A stretch of 63,947 nt of DNA from contig JAHLWZ010000873.1 of assembly GCA_020536535.1 (NCBI GenBank), forward strand, positions 1 through 63,947. The letters are read 5' to 3'. Position numbers and translations under genes: made by a program. Shown here piece after piece: positions 26,044 to 38,304 of the stretch. The notes below the pieces were generated by a model, which worked only from the letters and a program-made list of their open reading frames with translations, had not been told where the DNA came from and ran no database searches. Numbering within the stretch: the first letter of the stretch is position 1; the number at the start of each line of letters is the position of its first letter. Source of the stretch: Pelomyxa schiedti (taxonomy: Eukaryota > Protista > Evosea).

Positions 26044-27738
26044 ATCATCAGTCTTGCCCTGTACTGTTTTGAAGTAGATATAAAATACTTCCTTGTTTGA
26101 ACTTTCTTTATGATTGGGACCCTGGTAAAGGTGGGTCCCCTGCAGATGAAATGCAGGGAGGTGGGAGTGTGCAGGAACCGGATGTTTGTGCTCGACTTGT
26201 GCCCTGGATAGTATTGTAAGTGTCGCAGCTCCAATAAGAAGGAACAAACCAAGGCCTGATACCACCGCATAGGTTTTTTGGTGGGCACACTACGGGTACG
26301 GGTTGTGCACTCAAGAATATTAGGCTGGGGCCAGACACGCACTCTCCCGACTTCCACTAAGAAGGGAGTTAGTTGAGGGGTGTTACTTAGGTTCACTGTG
26401 AACTTGGATCTTTGACATTATAAATCGCGATTTTACCCAACTCTGCGGTGATGGCTTTCTGCCACTTAAGTGAGAGATTAGATAGCAAAACAAGTGAGTT
26501 CTCTGGGAGTTTATGATTGAAATTTATCAGCCTAAGGATAAACCATAGAAGAACTCCATTTCTTGCAATGGCCTGACTTCAAATTGTCTTAGAAGTTCGA
26601 GCAGTTCCTCTTGTTCTTGTTCCGACTTGTTTCATGTCTTATTGCTATCATTGTATAGGCAACTACTCACCTGGGACCTCAGAAGTTGATGCAAATGAGT
26701 TACTTCCTCTGAATTTATTGATAGAAATTCAAGATTCTGCCTAAGGTGCCCAAAAAAATCTGCTACATGTTGCTTAATGGAGTTAGTGTACTAAAATACA
26801 GGTGCATGAAAACCAGTAGTACTGTATGCCTTTCTTTCCAGTCTTGGTCAACTCGTGAAAGGTACGAGCTGGGTACTTCGGGAATAGTAAGTGACGGGGG
26901 TGAGTGTTGACAGATATTTCTCACTGCGTCGGCAACGATGTTATCAATTGGTTGGCATATAGAATGCTCTAAAATAAATCAATCAAACTGTAGGCTCTTC
27001 AGGGTAAGTGTTTACTGTCATAAATAGATGAAAAGCTCCACTTAGGGAAACCGTATTGTACACAAAGCTGCATTTGTTAGAAGATGAGAGGGAGGAGAGT
27101 TGTCACCTTATTTAAGGTCTTTCGGAAAGTGGGAAATGGAGCATCCGCCTTATTTATGAGCAGTACTCGGTCACACACTTGTATTGACATACTTGCACAT
27201 ATTTCACTCCATTCTTTAATGTCCTTTCCAAAAATTAGTTGGTCTGTTATAAAACGGTATGATAACAGTTAATACCGCTTGAGCTTGGTCACTTCTCACA
27301 ACAACCAATACTGACGAATAGTTGTTAAATATCCACTTTTTGCTTGGACCTTTTAGCTAAAAAGAAAGTCAGGTACTGTTAAAGGGAGTGGACAAACTCG
27401 CCTCAGAGATAGGAACATCCACAAGTTTGATTATAACCCTCTGTTGTTCAATTTCCCGCAACATCGACTGCACATTGACGCCTGAGCAAACAAAGGATTA
27501 CAAACACGGTGACCAAAAGAGAGCAACAACCTTCGCTGCGGGTGTAAGTGCTCCGCCAACAATCGTGAACATATTTCATTACTAGGGAAGATTTTCCCGC
27601 TGCAGGAGGTCCCACAACCTGATAGGTATAAATATGAGATCCCGTGCCCGCGCAATGTTTCTAGTGTCTCCAGCAAGGCACCAATACCATAATCTTCAGC
27701 TCTATATCATCGTCGAGTGACGAGAGATGCGTCATCAT
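26035..27738 (-). CDS. Divergent Ras/Rab-like GTPase with a helical extension and C-terminal transmembrane segment
   Basis: LKIM|[17 protein letters not shown] (G1), [11 protein letters not shown] (degenerate G3), VLLINKAD (G4); C-terminal [20 protein letters not shown] hydrophobic helix. The 3' exon structure is tentative. Confidence 0.65.
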
Positions 27739-27967
27739 GCAAGATGTGCCACAGAACAACAAAATGAGGTTATATGCCAAAAAAAAACTCCTGCGACAGA
27801 CACCGCTGACACATTAAATGATCTGCCACCCCAATATTTGGCGCATCTTAAACAAGAATTCACCCCCCGCGTTGGCTCTGGCAAACAAAAAGTACTAGGC
27901 CAAGGGCCACACTTTCTGATTCGCGAAGTCTCACGTCTCTTCGATCCCAAATTGGTTTCGCCACATT

Positions 27968-28040
27968 CTGCTCGGCAGAGTGCCAGCGTTCTCACTGGCC
28001 AAAGCGCAGGCCCACCTGCAACAAAACACCCTGAACCTTA
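27968..28040 (+). repeat. Degenerate direct copy of the MYND-encoding last exon (31007-31078)
   Basis: ctgctcggcagagtgccagcgttctcactggccaaagcgcaggcccacctgcaacaaaacaccctgaacctt versus ctgctcggcagagtgccagcgttcccactggccaaagcacaagccaacctgcaacaaaaaaccctgaacctt. Confidence 0.9.
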
Positions 28041-28107
28041 CCACCTCCTCGATGTCAGTCCCAATTTTCAACTGGAACACTTTTCTCTAAGTACCGCAAA
28101 AGTGGAG

Positions 28108-31073
28108 ATGATGGACCCACAGGGACTAGAAGCGACATTAAAGCTACTGCAAGACGTGATGTCAATTGGGGACGAAGAAGAATGCCGGAACAGCTTGGCA
28201 ATTCTAAGCGACGCAATTTCCCAGGGCAGCTCTCCCGGTAGTTTGAATTTTCAGCACAGTGGGAGCAACGCCATGACTTTTTTTTTTTTTTGTTATTGTT
28301 GTTGTGCGTGGCGTTAACAGTTGGTCGTAACAAGATCGCCGCGACTTTTTCCCCTCCCGATCTGAAGTACTCCGCGACCACGATGAGTCACTTGCTGCTT
28401 TTAATGTGGATGAGAGGATGAACCCAACCCCCGGTTGAAGTTTTCCGCTTCGTCTATGTCACTTGTTCCTGCTCTAGATGATGTTCCGACTCACTCACTT
28501 TCCCCCCCCCCCTCCCCCTCCCACACAAAAAAGGTTCCGAGCGGACATCGATTCTGAGTGTTTCGGAAATGCCACACAAAAGGTATTCCAGCATCATTCT
28601 GTCCGACATGCACCCGTCGTCGCTTCCGTATTTCAACAAAGTTATTGGGGGAAAAATCATTGCCCGTTGTTTCAAGACTTCAAGCACCACGGCCCTGTCC
28701 ACTGTGTTTGAGTACGCCTTCCACTCTTCACACTTGTCATTTATTCTCGACGCGTCATTAATCTTCTACACAGAGATGACCAAGGAAGTGTGTGCAGGTT
28801 GTCTGTTTACAATCTTACAAAAAGCACTGGAATCTTCCCACCAAACCACAGCAAGTATGGCATCGGCACCAAAGTCACCATTTTGCACCCTTGGTACAAG
28901 AGATTCTTTGATGGGTGGCCAGGCCTTCGTGTTGATGATCCAGAAACTGTGTTCTTTGGAAAGACCTGTGATCAGGTGTTAAACGAACACAATCGGTTGC
29001 TGGAAACTCCGCAACAACACATGGAAAAGGCAATTGCCCTTGAAGCCACAGGGAATTCAAAAATGGTTGCTCGGGATTTCAACACTGCTCTATCCCAATT
29101 CAGATCGGCTCTTGATCATCTTGTGGAAATTCCCCCGGTTGAACACATCCACCCTCTTCAAGAACCTATGGCTACTTTGGAGATACTCGTGCCCTCTTGT
29201 CAAGAACTTATTGCTCGAATTTCTTCCAGTGCCGCTGAAGCGTGTCTCGCACTCAAAAGGAGGCACCTCTCTGTATTCTATTGCAGGATTGCCTTGAAGT
29301 TTGATCCACTGTGTGCGCACGCACTATCCCTGCTCAAGTTGGTGCTTCTCAATATCGGGGATCACTATATTCTACATAAGTGGATACCGCCTGCAATATT
29401 GCAAGCTGATAAAGCAGTAGCAGACTTGGACCAGTATGCCCGCAAAGTGCAGTCACACCTCACTCGCCCGACTTCCAATTTCTGCGGGCCACTGGAATTT
29501 TCCACCATTCCTGGGCCAAAAGAGCGTGGGTTAATTGCCAAAGAAAGGATCCCAAAAGGTTCCATCCTTCTTGTGGAGGATCCTTGTATTGTGACACACA
29601 GGGAGAACGACGGTGTTCTTGAAATGCCCCTCGTGGAAGAAATAATTGCGCAGTTGAGGAAACAAGATGACCCTCTTCTTGATGTGCTCAGATGGTTGCA
29701 CCCATGTGGCAATATTCGTGGACTTGCGGTGGATAAATTAGACTTGCGAGCTATTCAACTGAAGTGGGGTTTGAATAATACCACTGGCCTCACTGTGAGT
29801 GATATTTGGTTGATAAAACAAATTTGCAGGTCAAATTGCTTTTCTACTCAGAACAACTTCCACGCGGAGACACTCTGCAACAAGGGATCTGGATTATATT
29901 TTTTGGGCTCGGGATTCAATCACAGCTGTCTACCAAATGCATTCTGGTTCGTAACAGGTGATAAGTTGGTTGTAAGAGCAACAAAAGACATTCAATCTGG
30001 GGAGGAAGTTACTATCAGTTATAGAGAGCTCGAGCAAAACAATTTTGCAAGACAAAAAGATCTCAAGGTGAACCGTGGATTCACATGTGCGTGTGAAAGA
30101 TGTACATCTCAGCCGGGTTCCCCAATTTGGGACATGGAATGTGGAATGATGGCTCAACGTTGCACTCACTGTGCCCGCATACTCAACCCAGACAACCTCA
30201 GTTCAGAGTTTCCACGTTACCGCTGCAACATCTGCAATATAATGGCACCACACCTTGCCGAGGAGCTAGAAGGACAGAGAAAGGCATGGACACAACTTTG
30301 GCGTAGTGGAAGAGATAGCGAACTCGTTGATTGTATGGTGAATAAGGAGGAGGTACTAAAAAAGCAACTGGGCCCCCATCACGCATTTTGGCTCACCTTC
30401 TGCTCTATTATGGGTGCTGCAGCCTCAAGATATGCAAGTTGTTGTGAGAGCCTTCCAAAAGTACTTGTACTTAGTGCACTGACAGGCCGTGTATGTAAAA
30501 CGGTACTGGAACTCCCCTGGGTTGAGTACTATTCTCGCCCCACAGTTTTTCCTGTAGCAATGCGTGGTGCTCTGGCGGCAATTCACACAGGGGACATGTC
30601 AAACGCCAAGAAGTTCATCGAAAGAGCATACTGGATATTTTCTTTCACAGAAGGAGGCTCCATGGATGACTGCGTGCGACATGCCTTCAGTTCCGGAACT
30701 GGTGGACACACCATGGAGATGGAGCTATTTCGGCAAGTAGCCTCCACTGTTGATGTGTCGAACGCAATCCCCCCGACAGCACAACAGCCACCCCCAAGTA
30801 GCAATAATGGCATTACCAGTCCTTCACATCCACCGGCACCCTCACCCTCACCATCACCATCACCATCTCCTCCCACACAGCACACATGCGCCGTATGCCG
30901 CAAAATGTATGCACAATCACCCACCCCTCTTATCACCCTAATTTGTAGCTGACCATTCTACACACAGTTCCTCCAAATACTGTTCACGCTGCCACCTGGT
31001 CTGGTACTGCTCGGCAGAGTGCCAGCGTTCCCACTGGCCAAAGCACAAGCCAACCTGCAACAAAAAACCCTGA
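28108..31073 (+). CDS. OB-fold-like, TPR, SET and C-terminal MYND zinc finger protein (SMYD-like)
   Basis: [29 protein letters not shown]; TPR helices; [49 protein letters not shown]; [34 protein letters not shown]. Confidence 0.85.
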
Positions 31074-31181
31074 ACCTTCCCACTCCCCGAAGCCGGCAGA
31101 TCCAGCTGATCTGTTGGTTGGACTAACTAAGAGGCAATCACAAATTTGTGTCTTATTCATCATAAGTTCTTTTTTTTGATT

Positions 31182-33387
31182 ATGGCTTCGACTACAGCAC
31201 CGTATGTCAACCTCCCAGTGTTTCTTATTTTGTTGGTGACTACAACGACTCCCATAAGTGTGGTTGATCCGGCCAGACGAGCCAAGGTGGAGGCGGCCCT
31301 CTCGAAGTATGAAGGGGTGGGCACTGCGCAGACGACAGAGTTCCCGTCGTTGATGATTTGTCACGACAAGCTCATTCCTCAAGGTGTGAGGGAGATACCG
31401 ATTGTGGGAGGGGTTATGTGTGGGTCTTTTGGATTTTAGGTTTTGGGAACTAGTGAAGTCCAAGTATTGTCTGAGAATACTTTTGCAGGGTCATTTGCTG
31501 AGAGGCAGGCTGAATTTTTGGCTCCCAGGAGAGAGGAAGTTGTGGCCCTGGCAAATGCATTCAATAGTCACCACATTGGAATTGTTTCACATTTTTACAT
31601 GGATGCAAGTATTCAAGGCTTGCTCACTGCTGTTTCTGCTTTTGAGGCAGAAAGTGGAATTTTGGCGGGTGGAAGTGTGTACATTGCGGATTCCTTGGCA
31701 ATGGGTGATGCTGCTGTATGTGATGTTGCAATCAAATACTTTCTCAGGTAATGTGGCAGATTCGAATGGCCAAAGCTGGGAAGAGGGTCATTCTTTGCCT
31801 TGGTGTGGATTTTATGAGTGAGAATTGTAGAGCTGTTCTTGATATGAATGGTTTCCCAAACGTCCCTGTTTTCAGGCTTTGTTTGGATCCAATAGGTGTG
31901 TCTCAAGTGAACCGACTTCAGTAACATTTTCAAACAAGGTTGCTCCCTTGCCACTGCCGCCGAGAAAGATACTTACTTTGAATGGCTTTCTACTGAAGCT
32001 CAACAACACCCCAATTCAGCACACGTTGTTTATATTAACACAAGTCTGTTGACTAAGGCAAAAGCACATGCTATTGTTCCCACCATAACATGCACTTCCT
32101 CAAATGTTGTTGAGACAATTTTGGAACTTTCTGCGGAGGTTCTGCTATCCTCATATCATTCAATTACCTTATTTTTTCTTCTCTAAAAAAGAGCCCAACT
32201 GCTCATATACTGTATGGGCCGGATTCCTACATGGGCAAGAACTTGCAAACACTGTTTAAGCATATCTCTCAATCGCCAGAAGAGGTTTCCACACAATTAC
32301 ATCCCAAGGTATGCGCCTTTGAGCTTCCCCTAAACCCAATTTACTGCTCGCAGCACACCAGAGAAACGATCAGAAATCTAGTTGAGAACCAATTCCACTT
32401 TTATAACGGTGGTTATTGTCTTGTGCACCACATGTTCGGCAGTGAGGTTGTAAATAGGATCAAGAGCATGTACATCACTGGATCCGAGTCTGATGCTTTC
32501 TGTGCTGCTCACCTAGAAGTTCCAGGTAACTATGTAACTTGCGCAACTGAAAAAACTCAATACACAAGGTGAAATGTTCGAAATTGCTATTCAACAGCAG
32601 GCCCAAGGAAAGGGGGTCGTTGGATCCACATCCAACATTTTGGATTTTATCACTAAGGTTTCAAATTTTTTTTAGGAAGATCGTAATCTAGCATACATAG
32701 AAAACAGAGGAGGCCATTGCAGCTGGAACCCCATCAAAAATTCGTTGCATTTTAGGAACCGAGTCAGGTGAAACAAACACAAAGAAAAAAAAACCCTAAC
32801 ACTATTGTAAGGAATGACAACCTCCATTGTGAGACGAGTACAAAGCATATTAAAAAAAAGGCCAGAATCTGGTGTTGCGGTTGAAATAATTTTCCCTGTG
32901 TCATCTCAGGTTTTCAAATGCATTCCCTTCAAAGTACTTGGAGCTCACCAACGACAAGGCAATAACCACATCTGATGACCCATCGTTACCTGTGATCCCG
33001 GGTGTATCTTGCGGAGAGGTAACGCTCACCTATTTTTATTTCGTTATTATCCTTATTTGCTTTGCAGGGTTGCTCCCTTGCTGGCGGCTGTGCATCATGT
33101 CCGTTCATGAAAATGAATACACTGGAAGCACTCAAAGATATGGTCAACAAAATAGCCAATGGGGGTACCACACCCGTTCCATCTTTCCCAACCCCAAACT
33201 AACAGAATTCCAAATAGATTTAAGCACCCTGGAGAGGTACAAGCCCAACAACTACAGCGGACTCATGGTTGGTTCTCAGCCGGTGGTTGCATTAGGTACA
33301 ATTCCAATTGAATACATGCGGGCCTTCCAGCACTCCCACCACATGCCCCCTGCTATGATCCAGAGGGTCACTTCTGGCTCACATTAA
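31182..33387 (+). CDS. nadA: Quinolinate synthase, plant-QS-type NadA domain without SufE fusion
   Basis: FPSL..GSFAERQAEFL, GIVSHFYMD, IADSLAMGDAA, LGVDFMSEN, CSLA, HVVYINTSL..TITCTSSNVV, YGPDSYMG, CLVHHMF, AHLEVPGEMF, VVGSTSNILDFI, LGTESGM, EGCSLAGGCASCPFMKMN; three cluster-ligating Cys present. Confidence 0.92.
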
Positions 33388-33657
33388 CAGCTATGACCAA
33401 GGGTACAATAGAAGAAACAACCACAAACCACAAGGGACTGATGCTTCTGTATTTTGATTTTCTAAAGAACTGTGCCCTTGTTTACTTGTGCTCTGTTTCT
33501 GAATTGGTGCCATTGGTTGGCGTTTTTAAGTTCGCGAGTACAATTCACAGATAAGGCAATCTCAGTGTTTTTTCTTGATTTCTCGGTTTGGAATCACACC
33601 TGTTTTGGGCCTGGCCTTTCGGCAGAAATTTCGAAAATTTGTTGTTTGTCAAAAAGG

Positions 33658-35665
33658 ATGGCGTTGCTCGACGGCGAGTTTTTTGAGCTTGTGGATTCAA
33701 GGACTGTGGAAGGATTTGTGTACCAAGTTTGTCCCTCGTTTTGAGTGGCATTAGTTGCCTGCCTCTTTGCCATCTTTTTTTTGTTTTTTTTTTTATTTTG
33801 GCACACAATAATGCTTAAATATACTAACACTCCTACGTTGAACAGGCGTATAGACCGTTGTATCCTAGATCTACGATTGTGTTGTTTAGCGAGGTTCAGG
33901 GGCAGCCAGTGGCTGCATTCACTGTGATCCCACGCAACTGTAACTCGGTGCTTACAAAAAGGACTTGCCCCCCACCCGTGGCTATACCCCCTTACTGCGG
34001 TATTGTTTTTATTTTTTCGGTTTGTTTTGGAGTGTTAAACTTGTCATTAGGGAGTGCGAGCTACTTTCAAGAACTGTTGAGTGCAAATAACAGGGAGTTT
34101 GATTTTGTTATATCAAACCTCACGCATTTTGAAGGCCCACAGCCCGGGTAAGTGGCAGTTCCATTTGTTCTTCCTTTGACTTTATTACTACCCAGATTTA
34201 TCAACTTTAATGTACTTCACACTGCACATCAAGTACGTGAAGTTGACCCTGGACCAGCGTGGGGAGTAAACCAAGTGAATGAACTCAAGCCAAGCGAATC
34301 GTGCGACAACCAACCAATAATTCCCATTCTCAACAACTTAGGTACCGTATCGAGTGTGATCAACGGACAAACAGATCGATGAAATTGGTAGGTGTGACCA
34401 AGAGTACATCAACAGGAACTAGTGAAGCTGTTACTGTACAGGAAGATGAGCAACGGGTATTTATAAGGATTATCCTTTCCTATTTTTTCGACTTAAGCAT
34501 TGAACGTAGAGCAAGCAAACAGGTGAAGCCACACAGGGAACGTACTTCTACTTGTCCGTTGTGGGCACATCAGCTATTCCTGAAATGGCCACTTTATTCC
34601 AAAGTACTGACTGGAAATGCGTTGAAGTATTTGTTCGCAAAATTCCCGTGGCCCCTCCAGCAACAACACCCCACACGCGACCAAGAGCAAGACAACCAAC
34701 AGGAGACAGCGATCGAGACAGTACGTTATACAGAAGTGAAATGGAGGAGTGCAAGGCAAGACGCCAACGCGGAGAGCGCTCAAGGTCAAGGTCTAATTCA
34801 CCAGAAACTCTTCACAAGGAAAAACGCTATCAGGTCAGTCATCCTTTCTTTGGGAATTTCTTTGACTGAAAGAACTAGAAAAAAAGTAAAGCTGTTAGCC
34901 AATCCCGCAGAGGGAGAGGCGGGAGGGGAGGTGGTGTGTCCTCTCGAGAAAGCACAACGACATCTACCTCATCAGCAGAAAGGAGTTTCAGTATACCTGA
35001 CGATGTAGTCAATTCTGCTCAGGTGTGCCAGATCATTTCCCCTTGCATTCTTATGCTTTAACAGGCTGGAAATGTAGTCTCGGGATCAAGGTACACCCAA
35101 AACTTGGTAGTTTTCTCATTTGTTTTAGGATTATTGCCGTTAATTCTGTTGAGACTGGGCAGCAATATAATTTCGACACCCCAGGAGGTAGTCATTCACA
35201 ACCCTTTCCCTCTGTTTCTCAACTCTTCTACAGAACTTTGTATCCTTGGTCTTTCCATTTGGACCGGTAATAGATGCGGGGTATTTTAAATGCACTGAAC
35301 CTATTTTCAGGGATGCACCTTGAACCACTTCTTACAAATGTACAACTGAGTGGGATTGTTGAAAGCCTGCTCAATGAGTACACCACCAATGCGAACGCTT
35401 CCATTTTAGCTACACTAAAGAAGCAGTTTCCCTCGGAAGAATGTGTTATCTGCCTTGGCCCAACTCCCGGTTAGCCTTTTCTTGTCAATTTATTTCTATT
35501 ACCCCTACCACATATCAAGTCTCTTAACCCTCTTCAGATACCGTGTTCATACAATGCGGACACCAGTGCTGCCACATGGCATGCATATCAGGTGGTGCAC
35601 CCACTGTCCTCTGCCCACTATGCCGAGGTAGAATTATTGCCAAAGTACTCAGTTCCACTCTGTAG
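33658..35665 (+). CDS. Protein with unknown N-terminal domain and C-terminal RING finger (putative E3 ligase)
   Basis: Spliced ORF from MALLDGEFFELVDSR; C-terminal ECVICLGPTP|DTVFIQCGHQCCHMAC..LCPLCR. Confidence 0.75.
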
Positions 35666-35913
35666 CCCAAAAGGTTGGCAACATACAAAAAACCAAAATC
35701 ACAGTTGTGGTATCGAATTCCCCCAAAACCCTTGTCGAGTGTCATCAAAAAACCCAACACGGAAAAAACAAAAGAAAAAAAGTCCAGATAACGGCGAATT
35801 AAATTACGAAAGTTTTCATAAAGAAAAACTTTAATAACCCAACTCTCGAACCGGGTCTCACCGTCACCGTCAGCAAAACAACAAAGCAACAGAGCACCAC
35901 CAAGGCAACAAAT

Positions 35914-37076
35914 ATGACAAGCAGCGAGGAGCAGCGCAGGACGTTGCAGGGACTTTTCCCTGTCGCGTCAGAGTCGCTAATTGTTGATGTACTCAACCAA
36001 GCTGGGGGCGATTTGGAGGCAGGAGTAGAAAAAATGTTGCAACTTCATCAGGTGTGCATTGCATTATGGGACAGTTTCCTCGTCCTTCTCCCCCCCCCCC
36101 CCCCCCCCCCTTTTTTTTTTCATTTTAANNNNNNNNNNCAAAGCCGAGCTCAAAATCAAGAAGGCCGGAGGATGTTGTGTTCTGACCGCATAAGATATAC
36201 TTTCCTTTTTGTCTTTTTTTTTATTTTAATGTTTTGGGTTTGGAGTTATTCATAAGTACAACATTTTTCCCTATTTATTTGTTTTGAAGGGAATTTCAAC
36301 TCCTCACCTGGATGAGCCTCACCCTACATTGCCATCACTCGCCACCCCTTTGACTACTCCTCCATCAAGCATAACTAAGGAGGTTCCAGTGAAACCAGTA
36401 ATGACAATACCCCCTCCACCACCTCCTGCTGTTTTCTCTTTTACTCCTCTGGAGACACCGAACCTCATTCTACCTTCTATACACACTTCGGCAGCAACAA
36501 CTACACCATTGCCGAGTTTCACTCTGCCAGCACCACTGCTGACAACTCCCCCATCAATGCCAACAACCACAGAAACACCTGAGAGCCTTGATCCCTCTGC
36601 GGTTGACGTGGAGTCAATGAAGAGAAGAATTATGGACCAGCAGCAAGAAATTGAGACTCTAATGTACATCATTCATGAAGCGGAGTCTACACCAGAGCTA
36701 AGGCAAAGACTTAATGCATGGCTGGTTGATGCTCGAGCTAACCTAGCATGGCTTCAACAACACAGGTATGCTTTTATTCACACAATATCCACTTTGCTCA
36801 TTCTCTTTCAGTGCCGATTACGTTCCTCCAATCAAATCCGCTCTTGGTGCCTGCAGGTCTTTTCCCTAACAAGATACAAATGTGAATAACATACTAACAA
36901 CATATTGCAGGGACAAAGTGGAAGAAACTACACTGGTTCAGCATTTACTACTCAAGTTTGCTCAATCCAGGAGGCCAGCACACCCTACAACTACGCCAAC
37001 AACTCCCCCTCCTCCTGTGGTACCCACACAACTTGAACAGGCAGAAAATACTACTGTTAGCCACTCACATTCATAG
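35914..37076 (+). CDS. CUE-domain protein with Pro/Thr-rich linker and coiled coil (first intron contains an assembly gap)
   Basis: TLQGLFPVASESLIVDVLNQAGGDLEAGVEKMLQL is a CUE (FP...LL) signature. Confidence 0.7.
36129..36220. other. Scaffold gap (10 N) followed by a copy of the RPL27A 3' end
   Basis: N at 36129-36138; 36139-~36220 is identical to 39037-~39119. Confidence 0.9.
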
Positions 37077-37247
37077 ACACTGTCTGTCATACATAGAAAA
37101 TCCACATTTGACTTTTTTGTAAAGAAAAATAAAGTGGTGTTTACATTGAGACAAAAGTAAAAATATTTGTGTTTTTAAGCTTCGTTTCTTTTTACAATGC
37201 ACAAACCGGAGTGCCGAAAGAACCATTAGGCAACCTTTTTCCAATTG

Positions 37248-37953
37248 TTAAAAGAGTGTGAATGAAGAACGGAGAGTACATACTGAAATTGGGACAATAA
37301 CCAGCACAAGCCCAGTCAGTGCTAACAGTACACCAACGGTAATCACAACAACACGCACAATACCGCCTCCGCCTCCCCCTCCTCCATCACTATGATCGGA
37401 TTCCACCTTGAATTTCTTCCTTGTGAGGCGCTCTAAGTTTTCAGCCACAGTGTCTTGGGAGTCAGATTGATTATACTGGCGTAGCTGCTCCCGCACTTTC
37501 TTGATCCAAGCGGCGGGTATCTGGTGCTTGTTGACAACGTACTGCAGTGAATTGTGATCCATAAGGAGCACAAAACAGTCCTGCACCTCCCTATCCAGCA
37601 TGGTATAACTGCACAAAGCCAAAGAATCACGGTTTAATGAACACGCTAAGGTGAAAATGAAGAAAAGTACATAGAAGTGAAAGCAGAGGAATTCTCCTCT
37701 TCACATGCGATCAAGAACACTGTGAATTCTTGAACAAAAGGGAAAAGAAAAAGCATTCATACATACACGTGGTCTTTGATTTTGGTCTCTTGTCGTTTCG
37801 AAACTGCGCGTCGGCATTAGATCCAAACGCAGCAATTCCCTCGTGACCGTGTTTGTACACATAGACGCAATCGAAACCAGCCAAATCGTGCAGCGCATCC
37901 TCGAAATACCCACGCAAAGTCGGGTCGTCACAATACACCGTAATACCCGCCAT
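37248..37953 (-). CDS. Hypothetical C-terminally membrane-anchored protein
   Basis: ATG at 37953, two short introns, poly-Gly followed by hydrophobic IVRVVVITVGVLLALTGLVLVIVPISV. Confidence 0.55.
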
Positions 37954-38304
37954 ACACGCTTCCTCTCCCGCTCAAATCTCTCAGATCTCAAGATCTCTCG
38001 GGGCCCTTGTGCCTTGGTGTTCTTTATTGATTTGTTTTCGGGTTGTGTATCGGTTGGGGCGTCGTCTCCGTTTCGATTAGAAAGTTAGAGGAAAGTGACA
38101 TCAGATCTCATGGGCTATCAGTCCAAAAGACTGAGACTGCATAGGACAGATTCGATTCAGTTGAGGAAAATTACGTCACCTGTTATTAAATCTTTTTTTT
38201 TTTGCCCGAGGTGATAGAGCTATCACAATTTTTTTTTCTTTCGTTCCGGAACACCTTTCATCCCCTACTGCCGTCAGAGCAGCTCGTGTCCGAGTAGTGC
38301 AAAA

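Noticed and set aside
27727-28107. N-terminal part of the 196-aa ORF as a gene
   Set aside because: It overlaps the GTPase start and reads the MYND relic out of frame; the SET gene more plausibly starts at 28108.
36139-36220. RPL27A 3' fragment inside the CUE gene intron as a retrocopy
   Set aside because: It is identical to 39037-39119, abuts an N gap and ends in a T homopolymer; most likely a gap-filling artefact.
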